A stretch of DNA of 63,697 bases, the filler included, from Octopus bimaculoides (lineage: Eukaryota): NCBI RefSeq assembly GCF_001194135.2. It is 5 parts of 5 records of this genome, joined end to end, with 100 filler letters (N's around TTAATTAATTAA, not from the genome) between each part and the next. Parts side by side here need not be neighbours in the genome. Positions count along the whole stretch, not along the records: positions 1 to 19,487 come from NC_068999.1; positions 19,588 to 41,120 come from NC_068983.1; 3 more parts are not named here. The stretch is one strand, 5' to 3'. The notes under the pieces were generated by a model. It had not been told where the DNA came from, ran no database searches, and saw only the letters and a program-made list of their open reading frames with translations. Numbering within the stretch: the stretch's first letter is position 1; the number at the start of each line of letters is the position of its first letter. Shown here piece after piece: positions 12,261-25,500 of this stretch. The translations under genes and the position numbers were made by a program.

Positions 12261-13104
12261 NNNNNNNNNNNNNNNNNNNNNNNNNNNNNNNNNNNNNNNN
12301 NNNNNNNNNNNNNNNNNNNNNNNNNNNNNNNNNNNNNNNNNNNNNNNNNNNNNNNNNNNNNNNNNNNNNNNNNNNNNNNNNNNNNNNNNNNNNNNNNNNN
12401 NNNNNNNNNNNNNNNNNNNNNNNNNNNNNNNNNNNNNNNNNNNNNNNNNNNNNNNNNNNNNNNNNNNNNNNNNNNNNNNNNNNNNNNNNNNNNNNNNNNN
12501 NNNNNNNNNNNNNNNNNNNNNNNNNNNNNNNNNNNNNNNNNNNNNNNNNNNNNNNNNNNNNNNNNNNNNNNNNNNNNNNNNNNNNNNNNNNNNNNNNNNN
12601 NNNNNNNNNNNNNNNNNNNNNNNNNNNNNNNNNNNNNNNNNNNNNNNNNNNNNNNNNNNNNNNNNNNNNNNNNNNNNNNNNNNNNNNNNNNNNNNNNNNN
12701 NNNNNNNNNNNNNNNNNNNNNNNNNNNNNNNNNNNNNNNNNNNNNNNNNNNNNNNNNNNNNNNNNNNNNNNNNNNNNNNNNNNNNNNNNNNNNNNNNNNN
12801 NNNNNNNNNNNNNNNNNNNNNNNNNNNNNNNNNNNNNNNNNNNNNNNNNNNNNNNNNNNNNNNNNNNNNNNNNNNNNNNNNNNNNNNNNNNNNNNNNNNN
12901 NNNNNNNNNNNNNNNNNNNNNNNNNNNNNNNNNNNNNNNNNNNNNNNNNNNNNNNNNNNNNNNNNNNNNNNNNNATATATATATATATATATATATACAT
13001 ACAAACACACCTATATATATACATAGAGAGAGAAAGAGAGAGAGAGAACAAGTTAGATAAGTAGGGAGATATATAGATGGATAATAAAGACAGTCAGATG
13101 GATG

Positions 13105-13159
<55 letters not shown>

Positions 13160-13421
13160 TGATAGGCGGACAGAGATAGACAGACATGCTAACAAAATAG
13201 ATGTGGCGTGAGTAGATATTGATTAAAGAGCCGAGAATAGAACCGATGTACAAATATGATTGAATTTATTCATACATTCTCAAATTATTAATGTATATAC
13301 ATGAGTACATCAAAATGCATAGAAACTGACAAATTTTCATACATACTTACACCTTCACACACACACATATATTATACATATGTGTATATGAATATAATAT
13401 ATATATATATGTGTGCGAATG

Positions 13422-13465
<44 letters not shown>

Positions 13466-13480
13466 NNNNNNNNNNTATAT

Positions 13481-13511
<31 letters not shown>

Positions 13512-13634
13512 CATATATATATACAGACATATATGTATGTGTGTATATGTATATATATGTACACATACATGTATATAATTACACACATACGCAGACATAC
13601 GCACACGCACACGTACACACACACATACACACAC

Positions 13635-13850
13635 ACCGGTGAGCTGGCAGAATTACTAAGGCTTTGTAGTATTTCATGGAGGCTCTTTATGGTCTCTGAG
13701 TTCAAATCCTGCCGAAGTTAGCTTTTTTGCCTTTCATCCCTTCTCCCAGGGGTTGATAATCGGGATAACAATCAAATAGTGGAATTGATAGAATCGATTA
13801 ATTCCCTTCCCTTAAAAATCGCCGGTCCTAATTCTTAATCCTAAATTAGA
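13635..13850 (+). mobile_element. SINE family B, diverged
   Basis: ggtgagctggcagaatt...gagttcaaatcc...tttcatccc. Confidence 0.75.
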
Positions 13851-13974
13851 AATCGTTTTCACCCTTCCAAATTATAGCTTAACGTCTTTAAGAAAAATAT
13901 GGAAGAACACATTCGAAAAGGTATTCCTGGTCGTTAAAAAAGATGGGATGGTCATAGCTGGAGACACTTTTGAT

Positions 13975-14295
13975 CATGGCCTGTCGGTTACGACGATGTG
14001 TGTTTCATCTGATACTATCAGCGGAAAGCTAGCTCGTGAAATTAACGCGCAATCGACTGAGCACTTCACAAACACACGTTACCCTTAACGTAATTCTCGG
14101 GGAGACTCAGCGTGACACAGAATGTGATATGGCTGACCCTTTGAATTACATGTAGAGCTCAATTTTGCCAGTTGAATAGCCTGGAACAACATGAAATAAA
14201 GCGTCTTGCTCAAGGACACAGCGCACCGTCCGGAATCGATCTTATGACCTTACGATCTCGAACCGAATGTCCTAAACACTATGTCACCCACCTTT
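13975..14295 (-). mobile_element. SINE family C
   Basis: Reverse complement of the 3886-4195 body and head. Confidence 0.75.
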
Positions 14296-14524
14296 ACCTT
14301 TGATCATCGGTTTTCTGGATCAGCACACTGACCTTTCACTATCTGAATCAGCACTGACCTTGCGCTATCAGCAACAAGAAGAAGAAAAAAAGTGCCTCTA
14401 TAACAGCAGTGTTGAGAAACAGCATTGTCTGTCTACTGCAGGGGTCGCCAATGGGGGTCCGAGGGAACTGCTTGAAATACTTAGTCAGCGCCATGCTCGT
14501 CCCTCACATTGATGTTGTCCTCCG

Positions 14525-14690
14525 CCACCGCCTGACAACCGGTGTTGGTTTGTTTAAGTCCTCGTAACTTAACGATTGGGGCAAAAAAGAAACGATAAAT
14601 AGTACGAAGTTTCAAAACCAAAAATACAGGAGTCGATCCATTCGACTAAAATTCCTGATGGCATTGCCCTAGCATGGCCAGAGCCGAATA
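14525..14690 (+). mobile_element. SINE family A, diverged 3' half
   Basis: tgacaaccggtgttggtttg...ctagcatggcc. Confidence 0.65.
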
Positions 14691-15936
14691 CCTGACAGAT
14701 GTAATATCTAAAATGTAAAAGATGCCGTTATATAAACTAATCTATATCGAGTTAAGTGCATCTGCCGTGCAAAGATCGCAGGACCAGGTTATGAACTGTA
14801 ACTCCTTTAGTTTGCAGTGTAACATTTTTCCCACTTGGCCAGCTGCTGCGATTCCAGAACAATTGCCACCCCGTGAACATTATTTATTCAATCTAATATG
14901 ACATACCACTTAAATCACTTGTGCTTTATAAAGAATTCTATAAAAGCAAACCTAGAAACACGCTGTAGTCTATTCCATTTTATATTGTTATATTAATATC
15001 TGATATGAGTTGAGTTAAAATTAACACACACTTAATGAGTGTAAATAACAAAATAAACACAATGAATTTTGTTAAATTTCCTGTCAAACAGGTATTTGTA
15101 AAGATTACAAGATGGCGGCGAACGTTCAACGGAAGTGGGTGGTGTGAGTTTGGAATTCATATCAACGACGTGCTTGTTGTCAAGCATGAACAATAATTGG
15201 TTTGCCCATAATTCCTTAGCAATCTTGGTTTGATAAAGACTTGTTGATGATAAATAACTTGACAAGGAGTGTTTAATAAATATTAAACAACGTAGCCTTC
15301 AAAATTTCATAAGTCATTTGGGTGATTTAAGCATGAGATATTCTGAGATTGCGATAATTTTAAAGAAGAAAAAAAAAAGAAAAAAAAGAAGCCACTGAAC
15401 ACATTCTGTCACTGACAAGAATACACAACAGGCTGGCATAAAGTAGCGAAACAGAACAAGGCAATACGCCATATTGGATTAGATACTTGTTCGTCCTATC
15501 TATTTGTCTGTCTATGTATGTATGTATGCATGCATGTTTGTATGAATGCATGTATGTATGTATGTGCGTTTGTGGTTACCTTTGGCGTATGTGCGCGCGT
15601 GTGTGCATGTGTGTGTGCGTGTGTGTGTGCGTGTGTGTGTGCGTGTGTGTGCATGTGTACACAATATGTCTTTATATCTATTGTGTCTACGTTAGCATCT
15701 ACCAGTCTTAATGGCGTACTAATTCTCTATCTTTAAGACAAGGCAGCTCGTTATGCAAGATCTACAAGTTGGTGGAAATCAACAGCAGGGTAAGTTAAGT
15801 AACGATACAGCGCTGTCTCTCCGGTTAAAGACACTTAACTCTTCGTCTTGGAGACGACTTAGTTTAAAATAAGTATTGAGAGGAAGTTCTTACGAGACAG
15901 TAGACGATGGCGGGATGATGTTTAATTCGTACGCAG

Positions 15937-15989
15937 TTCTTCTTCTTCTTCTTCTTCTTCTTCTTCTTCTTCTTCTTCCTCTCCTCCTC

Positions 15990-16020
<31 letters not shown>

Positions 16021-16495
16021 TTCTTCTTCTTCCTCTCCTCCTCCTCCTCCTCCTTCTTCTTCCTCTTCTCCTCCTCCTCTCTTCATCCTCCTCCTCCTCC
16101 TCTTCTTCCTCTCCTTCTTCTTCTTTTTCTTCCTCTCCTTCTTCTTCTTTCACTTTTTCTTCATCTTCTTTTTCTTCTCTTCTTCTTCTTCTTCTTCTTC
16201 TTCTTCTTCTTCTTCTCTTTTTCCATTCACTTTTTCTTGTCCATCTTTTTCTCCTCCTCCTTCTCTTTCTTCCCTTCTTCTTCTTCTTCTTCTTCTTCTA
16301 CTTCTCTCACCTCTTTTCTTCTTTCAGGTTTTCTTCTCTGTCTTTTTTTCTCCTCCTCCTTTACCTCCTCCTTCACCTTCTTCATTCTTCTTCACCTTCT
16401 TCACTTTCTTCTTCATCTTTTTCTTCTTTATCTTTTTATTCTTCATCTTCTTATTTTCCTCCTCTTCCTCCTCCTCCTCATTCTTCTCCTCCCCA
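15937..16495. repeat. Polypyrimidine (TTC/TCC)n compound microsatellite
   Basis: Direct inspection; source of the spurious poly-L/S/E/R ORFs. Confidence 0.95.
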
Positions 16496-16849
16496 TTCTA
16501 CTGCATTCATATATTGACAAAACCCATTTAATTAGGTACTAACCGCATTGATAAAACATGAATGAATGTGCAAACTGAAACTTGGTACTATATTATTAAT
16601 AACCTTGTAGTTATTAAGGTACTACTTTATCAATAAGCCATCAGTTAATGAGGTACTATATTGATAAAATGTCGGTTAATGAGCGACTGCCACTTTGATG
16701 AACCGAAAACGACAGATGGTGAAGTTTATGAAGTACCACATTCATAAGTTGTGAGTTGCTGACGTAATAGGGTGATGGGTAAAGAATGACCATGAATGAC
16801 CGTAAATGAGTATAGGATTTCACCTAGAAAGTTCCCCTCTGAGGCACAA

Positions 16850-17023
16850 GTCCAGGCAAGACTGTTTTTAATGAAGACCAGCAGTTTCCCATGCATACCA
16901 GCCTCCCCTCTCCACGCCACCAGTGTTATCCAAGGGAAAGGCAAAGGGGCCGATACAGCTTGGCACCGGAGACGTCGCAACTCATTTCTACAGCTGAGTG
17001 AACTGGAGCAACGTGAAATAAAG
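16850..17023 (-). mobile_element. SINE body fragment (family D)
   Basis: Shares ctgagtgaactggagcaacgtgaaataaag with the family C body (compare 14175-14200); head missing. Confidence 0.6.
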
Positions 17024-18057
17024 AGATGATCCGAGTACATGATTCAATATTGATAAGCCAGAATAATGACGAAATACCAGTATCTACCATTCTAAGTGAT
17101 TCCGAGGCAAGTCGTCTCATATCTCGCTTGGTCCGTGACATTCNNNNNNNNNNNNNNNNNNNNNNNNNNNNNNNNNNNNNNNNNNNNNNNNNNNNNNNNN
17201 NNNNNNNNNNNNNNNNNNNNNNNNNNNNNNNNNNNNNNNNNNNNNNNNNNNNNNNNNNNNNNNNNNNNNNNNNNNNNNNNNNNNNNNNNNNNNNNNNNNN
17301 NNNNNNNNNNNNNNNNNNNNNNNNNNNNNNNNNNNNNNNNNNNNNNNNNNNNNNNNNNNNNNNNNNNNNNNNNNNNNNNNNNNNNNNNNNNNNNNNNNNN
17401 NNNNNNNNNNNNNNNNNNNNNNNNNNNNNNNNNNNNNNNNNNNNNNNNNNNNNNNNNNNNNNNNNNNNNNNNNNNNNNNNNNNNNNNNNNNNNNNNNNNN
17501 NNNNNNNNNNNNNNNNNNNNNNNNNNNNNNNNNNNNNNNNNNNNNNNNNNNNNNNNNNNNNNNNNNNNNNNNNNNNNNNNNNNNNNNNNNNNNNNNNNNN
17601 NNNNNNNNNNNNNNNNNNNNNNNNNNNNNNNNNNNNNNNNNNNNNNNNNNNNNNNNNNNNNNNNNNNNNNNNNNNNNNNNNNNNNNNNNNNNNNNNNNNN
17701 NNNNNNNNNNNNNNNNNNNNNNNNNNNNNNNNNNNNNNNNNNNNNNNNNNNNNNNNNNNNNNNNNNNNNNNNNNNNNNNNNNNNNNNNNNNNNNNNNNNN
17801 NNNNNNNNNNNNNNNNNNNNNNNNNNNNNNNNNNNNNNNNNNNNNNNNNNNNNNNNNNNNNNNNNNNNNNNNNNNNNNNNNNNNNNNNNNNNNNNNNNNN
17901 NNNNNNNNNNNNNNNNNNNNNNNNNNNNNNNNNNNNNNNNNNNNNNNNNNNNNNNNNNNNNNNNNNNNNNNNNNNNNNNNNNNNNNNNNNNNNNNNNNNN
18001 NNNNNNNNNNNNNNNNNNNNNNNNNNNNNNNATATATATATATATATATATACATAC

Positions 18058-18200
18058 GGACTTCTTACAGTTTTCGTCTACCATATCAACTCACAAGGAT
18101 GTGGTTGGTCCGGGGCTATAAGATTATAAGACACTTACCCAAGGTGACACGCACTGAGACTGAACCCGGAACCATAGGGTTGGGAAACAAACTTCTTAAT
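18058..18200 (-). mobile_element. SINE family A, 5' half
   Basis: Reverse complement of the family A head. Confidence 0.75.
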
Positions 18201-18768
18201 ACTTGAAATTGAAAAATATAGTAAAACATTGTCTCTCTGTGTGGAAAAACCATTTGCTGCTTTTAGAAATCGTAGTATGTCGTCGTCAGTACATTTACAA
18301 TTATAATAACCAGCTTGATGTCATCGATTTAGTCTGTTCACACTCCCTTCAATGCAGTAAAGTGATATCTAACGATGATGTACGATAGATAAGCTCTGCT
18401 GAATAAACATCATATCTGATTAAACCACTTTTGATTGGTTACAGCATTTAAAAATATATAACAAACAAAAATGTATAGTCAACGCCAACGATAAGACGAT
18501 ATGGTTTATAAACAAGTGTGTGGTGGGGAAGTAAAATTAGAAACATCTAGAACACGCTTCTAATCTTTTAATGTAGCTGGAATTTACTCAAAGTACTTTC
18601 TGTCGGGACCCCAGGGTGTTACTGGAAGCGCGCAGGGGGTCAGTCGATAAGCGTTTAAGAGAACAACAAAGGAGTGATAAATATATATATATAAAAGAAA
18701 AAACAAAAACAAGTAGAATCATTGTCCGCTCGGTTCCTTCGGCCAACTCTGACTCCATTAACGAATCT

Positions 18769-18820
18769 TTTGTCGGCAGCGTCTCTGCCACCACATGGTG
18801 GTAGAGACGCTACGGACAAA
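18769..18820. repeat. 52-nt GC-rich hairpin
   Basis: 25-bp arms with two mismatches and one G-T pair; 2-nt centre. Confidence 0.85.
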
Positions 18821-18821
18821 T

Positions 18822-19410
18822 CATAAACTGTCGTTTTAAACATATTCACAAGGGATAGCACCCAGTTGGGAAACCCACTGAAAACTATTCGTTAATTCAA
18901 CCAATGTATATGAGTATAAGATTAGTGAAATTAGCCAAATCTATTATAAGAGGAGGCAAATTAACTAAAAGCGGGACATTAAATTAGATTCAGACATCGA
19001 AATTATATAATTAAAGCGAAACCCGCCCATATTAATATTTAGGAGAAGATGAAAGCGAAATATTACATTAGACAGAAAAGATGACATAGTGAAGAGATTA
19101 ATATTAAAAACTAAACTCGTTGCTAGAAATTATATAATAGTTATAAAAATATTAGCCATGGTGGTTATAAACTGCAGCTTGAACGTAATAAAGTGGAGAG
19201 TAAATGAATTAAAGCGCTATGATAGAAAAAACAGGAAACTACAAAGAGTGCAACGATGCCACCACTTGAAAGTTGGTATAAATAGAATACAGAAAAGTAC
19301 AGAGATTTTTGGTTAGAGAAGAATTCTGTTATATAATTCAACCGACTAGAAAAATATTTTTGAAACGAGCAGAGGGAAATTAAGTGCTATAAGGAAACGG
19401 GAAGAAGACA
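18822..19410 (+). mobile_element. R4/Dong-type LINE fragment (RT C-terminal part)
   Basis: LKTKLVARNYIIVIKILAMVVINCSLNVIKWRVNELKRYDRKNRKLQRVQRCHHLKVGINRI resembles the R4 segment N.I.AIN..AVPV..YS..I.W...EL...DRKTRK......HHPK....R. Confidence 0.72.
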
Positions 19411-19440
19411 TAAAGGAAAAAAATCTCTCCCTCTTCCTCG

Positions 19441-19487
<47 letters not shown>

Positions 19488-19681
19488 NNNNNNNNNNNNN
19501 NNNNNNNNNNNNNNNNNNNNNNNNNNNNNNNTTAATTAATTAANNNNNNNNNNNNNNNNNNNNNNNNNNNNNNNNNNNNNNNNNNNNTCAATAATAGGAT
19601 GAATTCTTTTACAAGAATTTATCAAGTAGCTAGCGTGAAAAAAACCTCATAAGGGAAAAAATCCATCATTTATTCCCCAAA

Positions 19682-19766
19682 ATATATTTATTTATATAAG
19701 GGCATTACTATACCAGAATGCCTCAGGCATTCTTGTATAGTAATGCCCTTATATAAATAAATATAT
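19682..19766. repeat. 85-bp near-perfect palindrome
   Basis: 42-bp arms with one mismatch and a 1-nt centre. Confidence 0.92.
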
Positions 19767-19849
19767 ATATGTATATATTATACGTACATGCTTCTTTAGA
19801 GTATCTTGTGTTGTGAGTCAAGTCAGGCAGAGAATACTTTCTTAGGCGC

Positions 19850-20550
19850 GTCGCGTCGCTCTTAGTTTTTTTCTGCTTCTGTCTAACTAGTCTTTGTGCA
19901 TGTGAAGGCTTCCTGGAACTTCCAGCGTTCGGGATCCTCCATCAGTTCTTCAGTTGTTCACGCCATTGGCATTTGACAAGAGCTTAAGTTTTGTTTCTGA
20001 GAACAATTTCCCTATATGTAATTGTATGTGTAAAGGATATGCAGAATATCCCGACATCTTTGCTGTTGCAATATGTCCCGCTTTTATCCTGCGAATGCGT
20101 TCGCGCCAAAATTATCATATTTCATTGCTATGCAGAACAATTGCACAGTATAGCTATATCTTCATTTCGTTTCTGATTACGACCTATGTTTTCATAATCG
20201 CATGAATTGCTAAATGCAATGATTCAGCTAGAAGTTTTGAGGCGAAGTGTAAGAATGTGACTATTTCTAACTGGTTTAGAGTCATTTGGAGGTATTTCAG
20301 TCCTCCATCATTTTGTGCTGTTAACAAGAATTGGTCATTTTTAATCTTGACCAGTACACCATCACGGATTTTTTGAAACTGAGTCCTCTCTAGATCTTGC
20401 GGTACAGGACTTCTGTATAATACCTGCCTTCTGTGTCATTTCCTTCTCAGCATTTTCTTTCTAGTCACATCTTCCCGTCATTTCTACCTCTCCCTTTTAG
20501 CAGAAATTCGAGCGCATTGTTGTTTGTTTTCAGTCATTTTCTGACTTTGC
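19850..20550 (-). mobile_element. Probable RTE-like LINE endonuclease/linker relic
   Basis: Weak motifs VMVYWS and MEDPERWKFQEAF; no long open frame. Confidence 0.35.
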
Positions 20551-20779
20551 CTAGTAAAAGCTTATTAATATGAATAACAACAGCTGAATCCAGTTAAGCG
20601 TCTAAAGATACGTCGTCTTTCCACATTATCAAAACTAGAAACTTCACACAATAAACTTCACTTCTCTTACAGTTGCATACATAAATACCCCTCCAGACCC
20701 AGGATTGTCCCTGCAAGGGCTCGGTAATTCAGGATAGCGGTTATATATTATATACAAAAATTTGTATATGTGTGTGTGC

Positions 20780-20828
<49 letters not shown>

Positions 20829-21647
20829 TCTCTCACTCACTCACTCACTCTATCTATCTATATATCTCTCTCTATATATATAACAATTGCAGCGTGGAAG
20901 GTGTTTATAAGCCATTTAAAATAACACACAAAAACTGTTAGATTTAATTTGTCAAAATATTTTCGTCGCTTTGAGACGGAGTCCTGTTCACTGACAAAAT
21001 TCTGTGCTGCATCTCTAATTGACAAATTAAATTTAAATGTTGAAGTGAATCTAACGGTTTTTGTGTGTTATTTTAAATGGCTTATAAACACGTTCCACGC
21101 TGCAATTGTTTTCGTTCCAGCACACGATCTCAGATCAGATCACTTGCTATGCAAGTACATCTCCGTAATATATATATATATATATATATATATANNNNNN
21201 NNNNNNNNNNNNNNNNNNNNNNNNNNNNNNNNNNNNNNNNNNNNNNNNNNNNNNNNNNNNNNNNNNNNNNNNNNNNNNNNNNNNNNNNNNNNNNNNNNNN
21301 NNNNNNNNNNNNNNNNNNNNNNNNNNNNNNNNNNNNNNNNNNNNNNNNNNNNNNNNNNNNNNNNNNNNNNNNNNNNNNNNNNNNNNNNNNNNNNNNNNNN
21401 NNNNNNNNNNNNNNNNNNNNNNNNNNNNNNNNNNNNNNNNNNNNNNNNNNNNNNNNNNNNNNNNNNNNNNNNNNNNNNNNNNNNNNNNNNNNNNNNNNNN
21501 NNNNNNNNNNNNNNNNNNNNNNNNNNNNNNNNNNNNNNNNNNNNNNNNNNNNNNNNNNNNNNNNNNNNNNNTATATATATATATATATATATATATAAAT
21601 ATATACATACATACATACATACATACATACATACATACATGCATACA

Positions 21648-22093
21648 TAATACTGAAGGCTGTCATAAAATCGGTGTTTCACACATACGTTTCAATGTGG
21701 AATTTCTTGAATGAACTACTATATCTCTTTTGCCAAAATTTTCGCCTATCATAATAATTGCAACTTCTTTGAATTGGGGAAGATTAAAACGCCTAGCATG
21801 TTCATGTGAAAGCTTTCTCTTTTTTTTTTCATTTGCATTAATAGCTAGCCGAAATTCGGACGCCGGAACTTTCTGGATTGTTGTTTTAAAACTCTTTATG
21901 TATGCATTTTTGGCATGCAACATTTTTTGTGCACTCATGATTATATATCATCTAATGCCTTGGGAAAGGTTGCATCTGATTTGTGCTTGATTTCCATGTC
22001 CGATGAAATATATTTGCAAATGTTGGAATCTTCAGTTTCTGAGAGCAATAGACTTCCTATTGTACAATGAATATTGCCTTGAATTTGGATTGT
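21648..22093 (-). mobile_element. Helitron Rep/helicase fragment
   Basis: IQIQGNIHCTIGSLL; MLHAKNAYIKSFKT; HEHARRFNLPQFKEVAIIMIGENFGKRDIVVHSRNSTLKRMCET; FYDSLQY. These match the Helitron Rep N-terminal motifs QGQIYH.IGSL, EH.RRFN.P...EVA and YD.LQYP. Confidence 0.82.
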
Positions 22094-22199
<106 letters not shown>

Positions 22200-22479
22200 A
22201 CACCACAAACACATGCACGCGTGTGTGAACTCTCACACACGTTGGGTTGTATTTGATGTGGAGCGGAGCTACTGAATGCCTGTGCCTTGACAAATTATCT
22301 CCCTTACACAGGTTATGTTTTTTGTAACTGGTACGTTAATCCTATAAAAATTAACATCCTTAGACCCTTCACATTTGTTTGGAACTGCGATAAGTAGATC
22401 TTGGAAACGGGCACATTTACGGTAACGATTGCGTTCCAAATATATATGAAACACAATCGTTACCGTGATCGTTATGGTA

Positions 22480-23330
22480 TCGAAAGATATGTTGAGTCGT
22501 TGTTTTTGTTGTTTTCTTTGGTTGCTGATGTTGTTGGTTATGTGGGTTCTCTTACAGGTAGTGCTTGTTTTGTTGTTTTTGTTGTTGTTTTTCCCACTCT
22601 TAGTGTTGTTTTTTCTGTTGTTACTGTAACTGCTGCTTCTTGTTCTATAGCGGTTGCTGCAATCACCGATGGTGCGGTTGTATGCTGTTTTTGTAGGTGA
22701 CGAAATTATGGAAGGTGTTATGCTGCCTTTCTAGGTGTCGAAATTCCAGTAGTGGAAGCTGTTGTTCGCTGTTGTTGAATGCAGAACGATTTGAGTTGAT
22801 TAGAGTACCTAGAAACACAGCATCGTAGCCTTCTGCCTTCCAGAACCACCTACGGTTGCTTCCCCTAGGATATTTATAAGATATCTTGAGTCTCTCGTTT
22901 CACTTGAATTAAAAATTCCAGCCTCATCTCGTTTAAATCTTAATTTCCAGGAGTGTGCTGCAATCTTCCATCGCCACACATTTCAATACCCACAAGAAAT
23001 AAAGTGCTAGTTGCATAATTGACGTTTTTACTCAGATCACGCTCCGTACCAGGTACATTGATATTAGAATAAAAATCTTCTGTTTTTAGTGGGTGGCAGA
23101 GTGTTTCTGTGGCAGTAGTTCCGAGTGAAACTCTAGCACAGAAAGTGAAATATAGCTCTGATACATCCAATTTTGTGGCATGACTCAAAACCCCAATGTT
23201 AGCCCATATAGTTTTCAAGCAGAACACTGTGACTTTTCGTAGACAATTATCTACAGAGAATAGTTTTCTTTTCTGTTTCCTCTAAAAGGTTTTTGTAGTA
23301 GATTTAACGTAATCATTGTTTGTTCTTTTT
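22480..23330 (-). mobile_element. Probable LINE ORF1 (gag-like) relic
   Basis: VVLEGRRLRCC (knuckle-proximal V.VEGR.P.C-like) followed by a T/A/E-rich low-complexity tail. Heavily decayed. Confidence 0.35.
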
Positions 23331-23379
23331 GGTATATATGCTTTTTCTGTTTTGTTTTCTAATGGCTGAGATAGGCGCT

Positions 23380-24490
23380 AAAATCCACCTTCGTGCCCGT
23401 CCGCCGTTCGCCCCAAACTGTTGAGCGGGAGTGTCACTGAAAAGCAGCACACATTTGCTTGGATTCGAGTAGCTAGTACCCGTCCTGGACCGTCAAATGT
23501 CGCATTGTGTCTTTGTTACCACGTTACATCTCCACCACTCTGGGCCCATCGAAGGGCTTTCGTTGTTTGATTCTTAGAGCGCACTTTCTAGCTCTGACGA
23601 TGTAGACTTCGTTTTTGGCATTGAAGAATTGATTAAGAGTCAATCTCGCCGTCAGCACATCGTGCTATGCCTCTTCTAAGTACCTCTTCTAGCTTTCTAA
23701 TTGGGTTGCCTTGTATTCTAGATTCCTCTAGCGCTATCTCTTTAGTAAACCATAACACTTTTACACTAATTGCCCTTTTCAGAGCCCTTCATCATCGGTT
23801 GTCAATTGCATCCCACAACGTCTGATGGACTAACTTGCTAACGCGATCTCTGAAAGCTTGACAGACCGGGTAAGGCGCGTTCAACTCCACTATCCGGGCT
23901 CCTTCATTCCTATGGATCCTATCAAGGTCGACCGTGTGGGTCACATATTTGGGGATTTGTGCAGCTTATAACTTTGAACTGTGGATAACTTATGCTACTT
24001 CTGTCGATATGCCTACAAATTATTTAAATACGATCAGGAAGATGGGATGCTTTTTGCCCATGTCCACATTGGTGCATTCGGGAAATCCACTCCTGTCGGC
24101 CAGTTGGAAGCGAGAGACTAAGCAGGTTTCTGAGGCTTTTAAACACCTCTCCCTTATCCACTAATCACACCCTACCCAGACCTCCGTTTATGACGGCGTT
24201 CCACTAACACTAAAGATCGAAATCTCTCGAGAAAAACCTCTAAAGGTCTGAAAAAATTTAGCTGTCCCCGAATGGGGCGTACACAGGGACTAGTCTAAAA
24301 GGACCACCTTCTCCATCGCTCACACTCAGGACTACCAACTTACCGTCCGGATCCAGAGAGTTCGTCCATGACTTGACATCCAGCCTTTCCCAAACAATAT
24401 TTCCACTCAGCCTCCCATTCCAGGTCGACTTCCTTCGGGAAGTCACTTAGGAACTACTGCTGACCTTTAGGTTCGGAATTCCCATCTCGT
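23380..24490 (-). mobile_element. Tx1/L1-type LINE ORF2 fragment (APE endonuclease and linker)
   Basis: DPDGKLVVLSVSDGEGGPFRLVPVYAP, FFRPLEVFL and RFQLADR in the endonuclease part; decayed linker downstream. Many stops. Confidence 0.65.
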
Positions 24491-24494
24491 TGGG

Positions 24495-25500
24495 GAAAAT
24501 TCTCTCTGAATATTTTATAAGTATCCAAGTCCAGCTTTATCATTTTCAAGTTATGTGGCACTTTGAAAGTGTTGGACCTAAAAACATCTCACTCCGCTTC
24601 TATGTCGTTCTCTGCAATGAGGGCCATTAGTTTTCTTGTTTCTACTTATTACAACATTTGAGGTTGATCCAAACACCATTTCAATATAACAAAATTTGCC
24701 ATTACTGTATAACAAGTGAATTGACCTCTTTCTCATAATTTCCACATGTCTTTTAGACAACTATGAAAAATAGATGATTTACAGGTGAGCTTCGTAGTAG
24801 TTTGCAGCCAATGTTCACTTATAAGTGCCACTGAGATGGGTTCCTGCACGATAAATCACAAAGGGGGAAATTGGCTACGAATAATACCTCTTTTAACTGC
24901 TAAACTTCTCGGTGATTATATGTTCGTCATCAACTTAATTTTCTAATGCATCATACTTGCAATGAGGTGTTGATGAAGTTTTCAGTTATAAACATTCCAA
25001 GTATCTCCACAATCCAATAATGGGGCATCACCTTTTAAATCCTTTTGAAGTTGTCTCACGCTACTCGCAGCTAAGTCTGTCGTCACTTGCAAGTTCTTTA
25101 TTACCATTTTATTAATCGTCTGATAGTCTTTGGTATCCTTTAAATATTTCTTGCACTCCTGTTCAATAGAGAGTCATTTGTTTTGCATCAAATAATTGTA
25201 TACTTTTTTGTCGGAAAAAATACCTGTTAATAACTTTCAAAGCAGACCGAGAGAAGTGATTGGTCGATAATTTCTTACTGTTTTCCCGTTTGTTGGACTA
25301 TTCATATTGAAGTTGTTCCTCCTTCACCCATCCACCTCTCTCTTCACGCACGACAATAAATTAGTATATCGGTATCCCTGAAGGACAGCAATTGTTAAGA
25401 ACATTGAATATAGTAGAAAAGATATGAAGATATTGATTATTGTGTTTCAAGTATATTCCTTTCAGCTTCATGTATACTGTTGACACATCCACAATGGAAC
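24495..25500 (-). mobile_element. R4/Dong-type LINE fragment (RT core)
   Basis: Minus-strand translation gives NYRPITSLGLL-KLLTGI, EQ..K...TKD...INKMVIKN, and AVKRGII....PL-FIV..PIS (RT motifs 1-4), with many stops. Confidence 0.75.

Noticed and set aside
18200-18330. Minus-strand DDDILRFLKAANG, CRAL-TRIO-like
   Set aside because: Short, weak splice sites, runs into a SINE; chance similarity is likely.
18605-18650. gacccc…ggggtc stem considered as an HDV-like ribozyme
   Set aside because: No P1.1/P3/P2 nested pseudoknot can be drawn.
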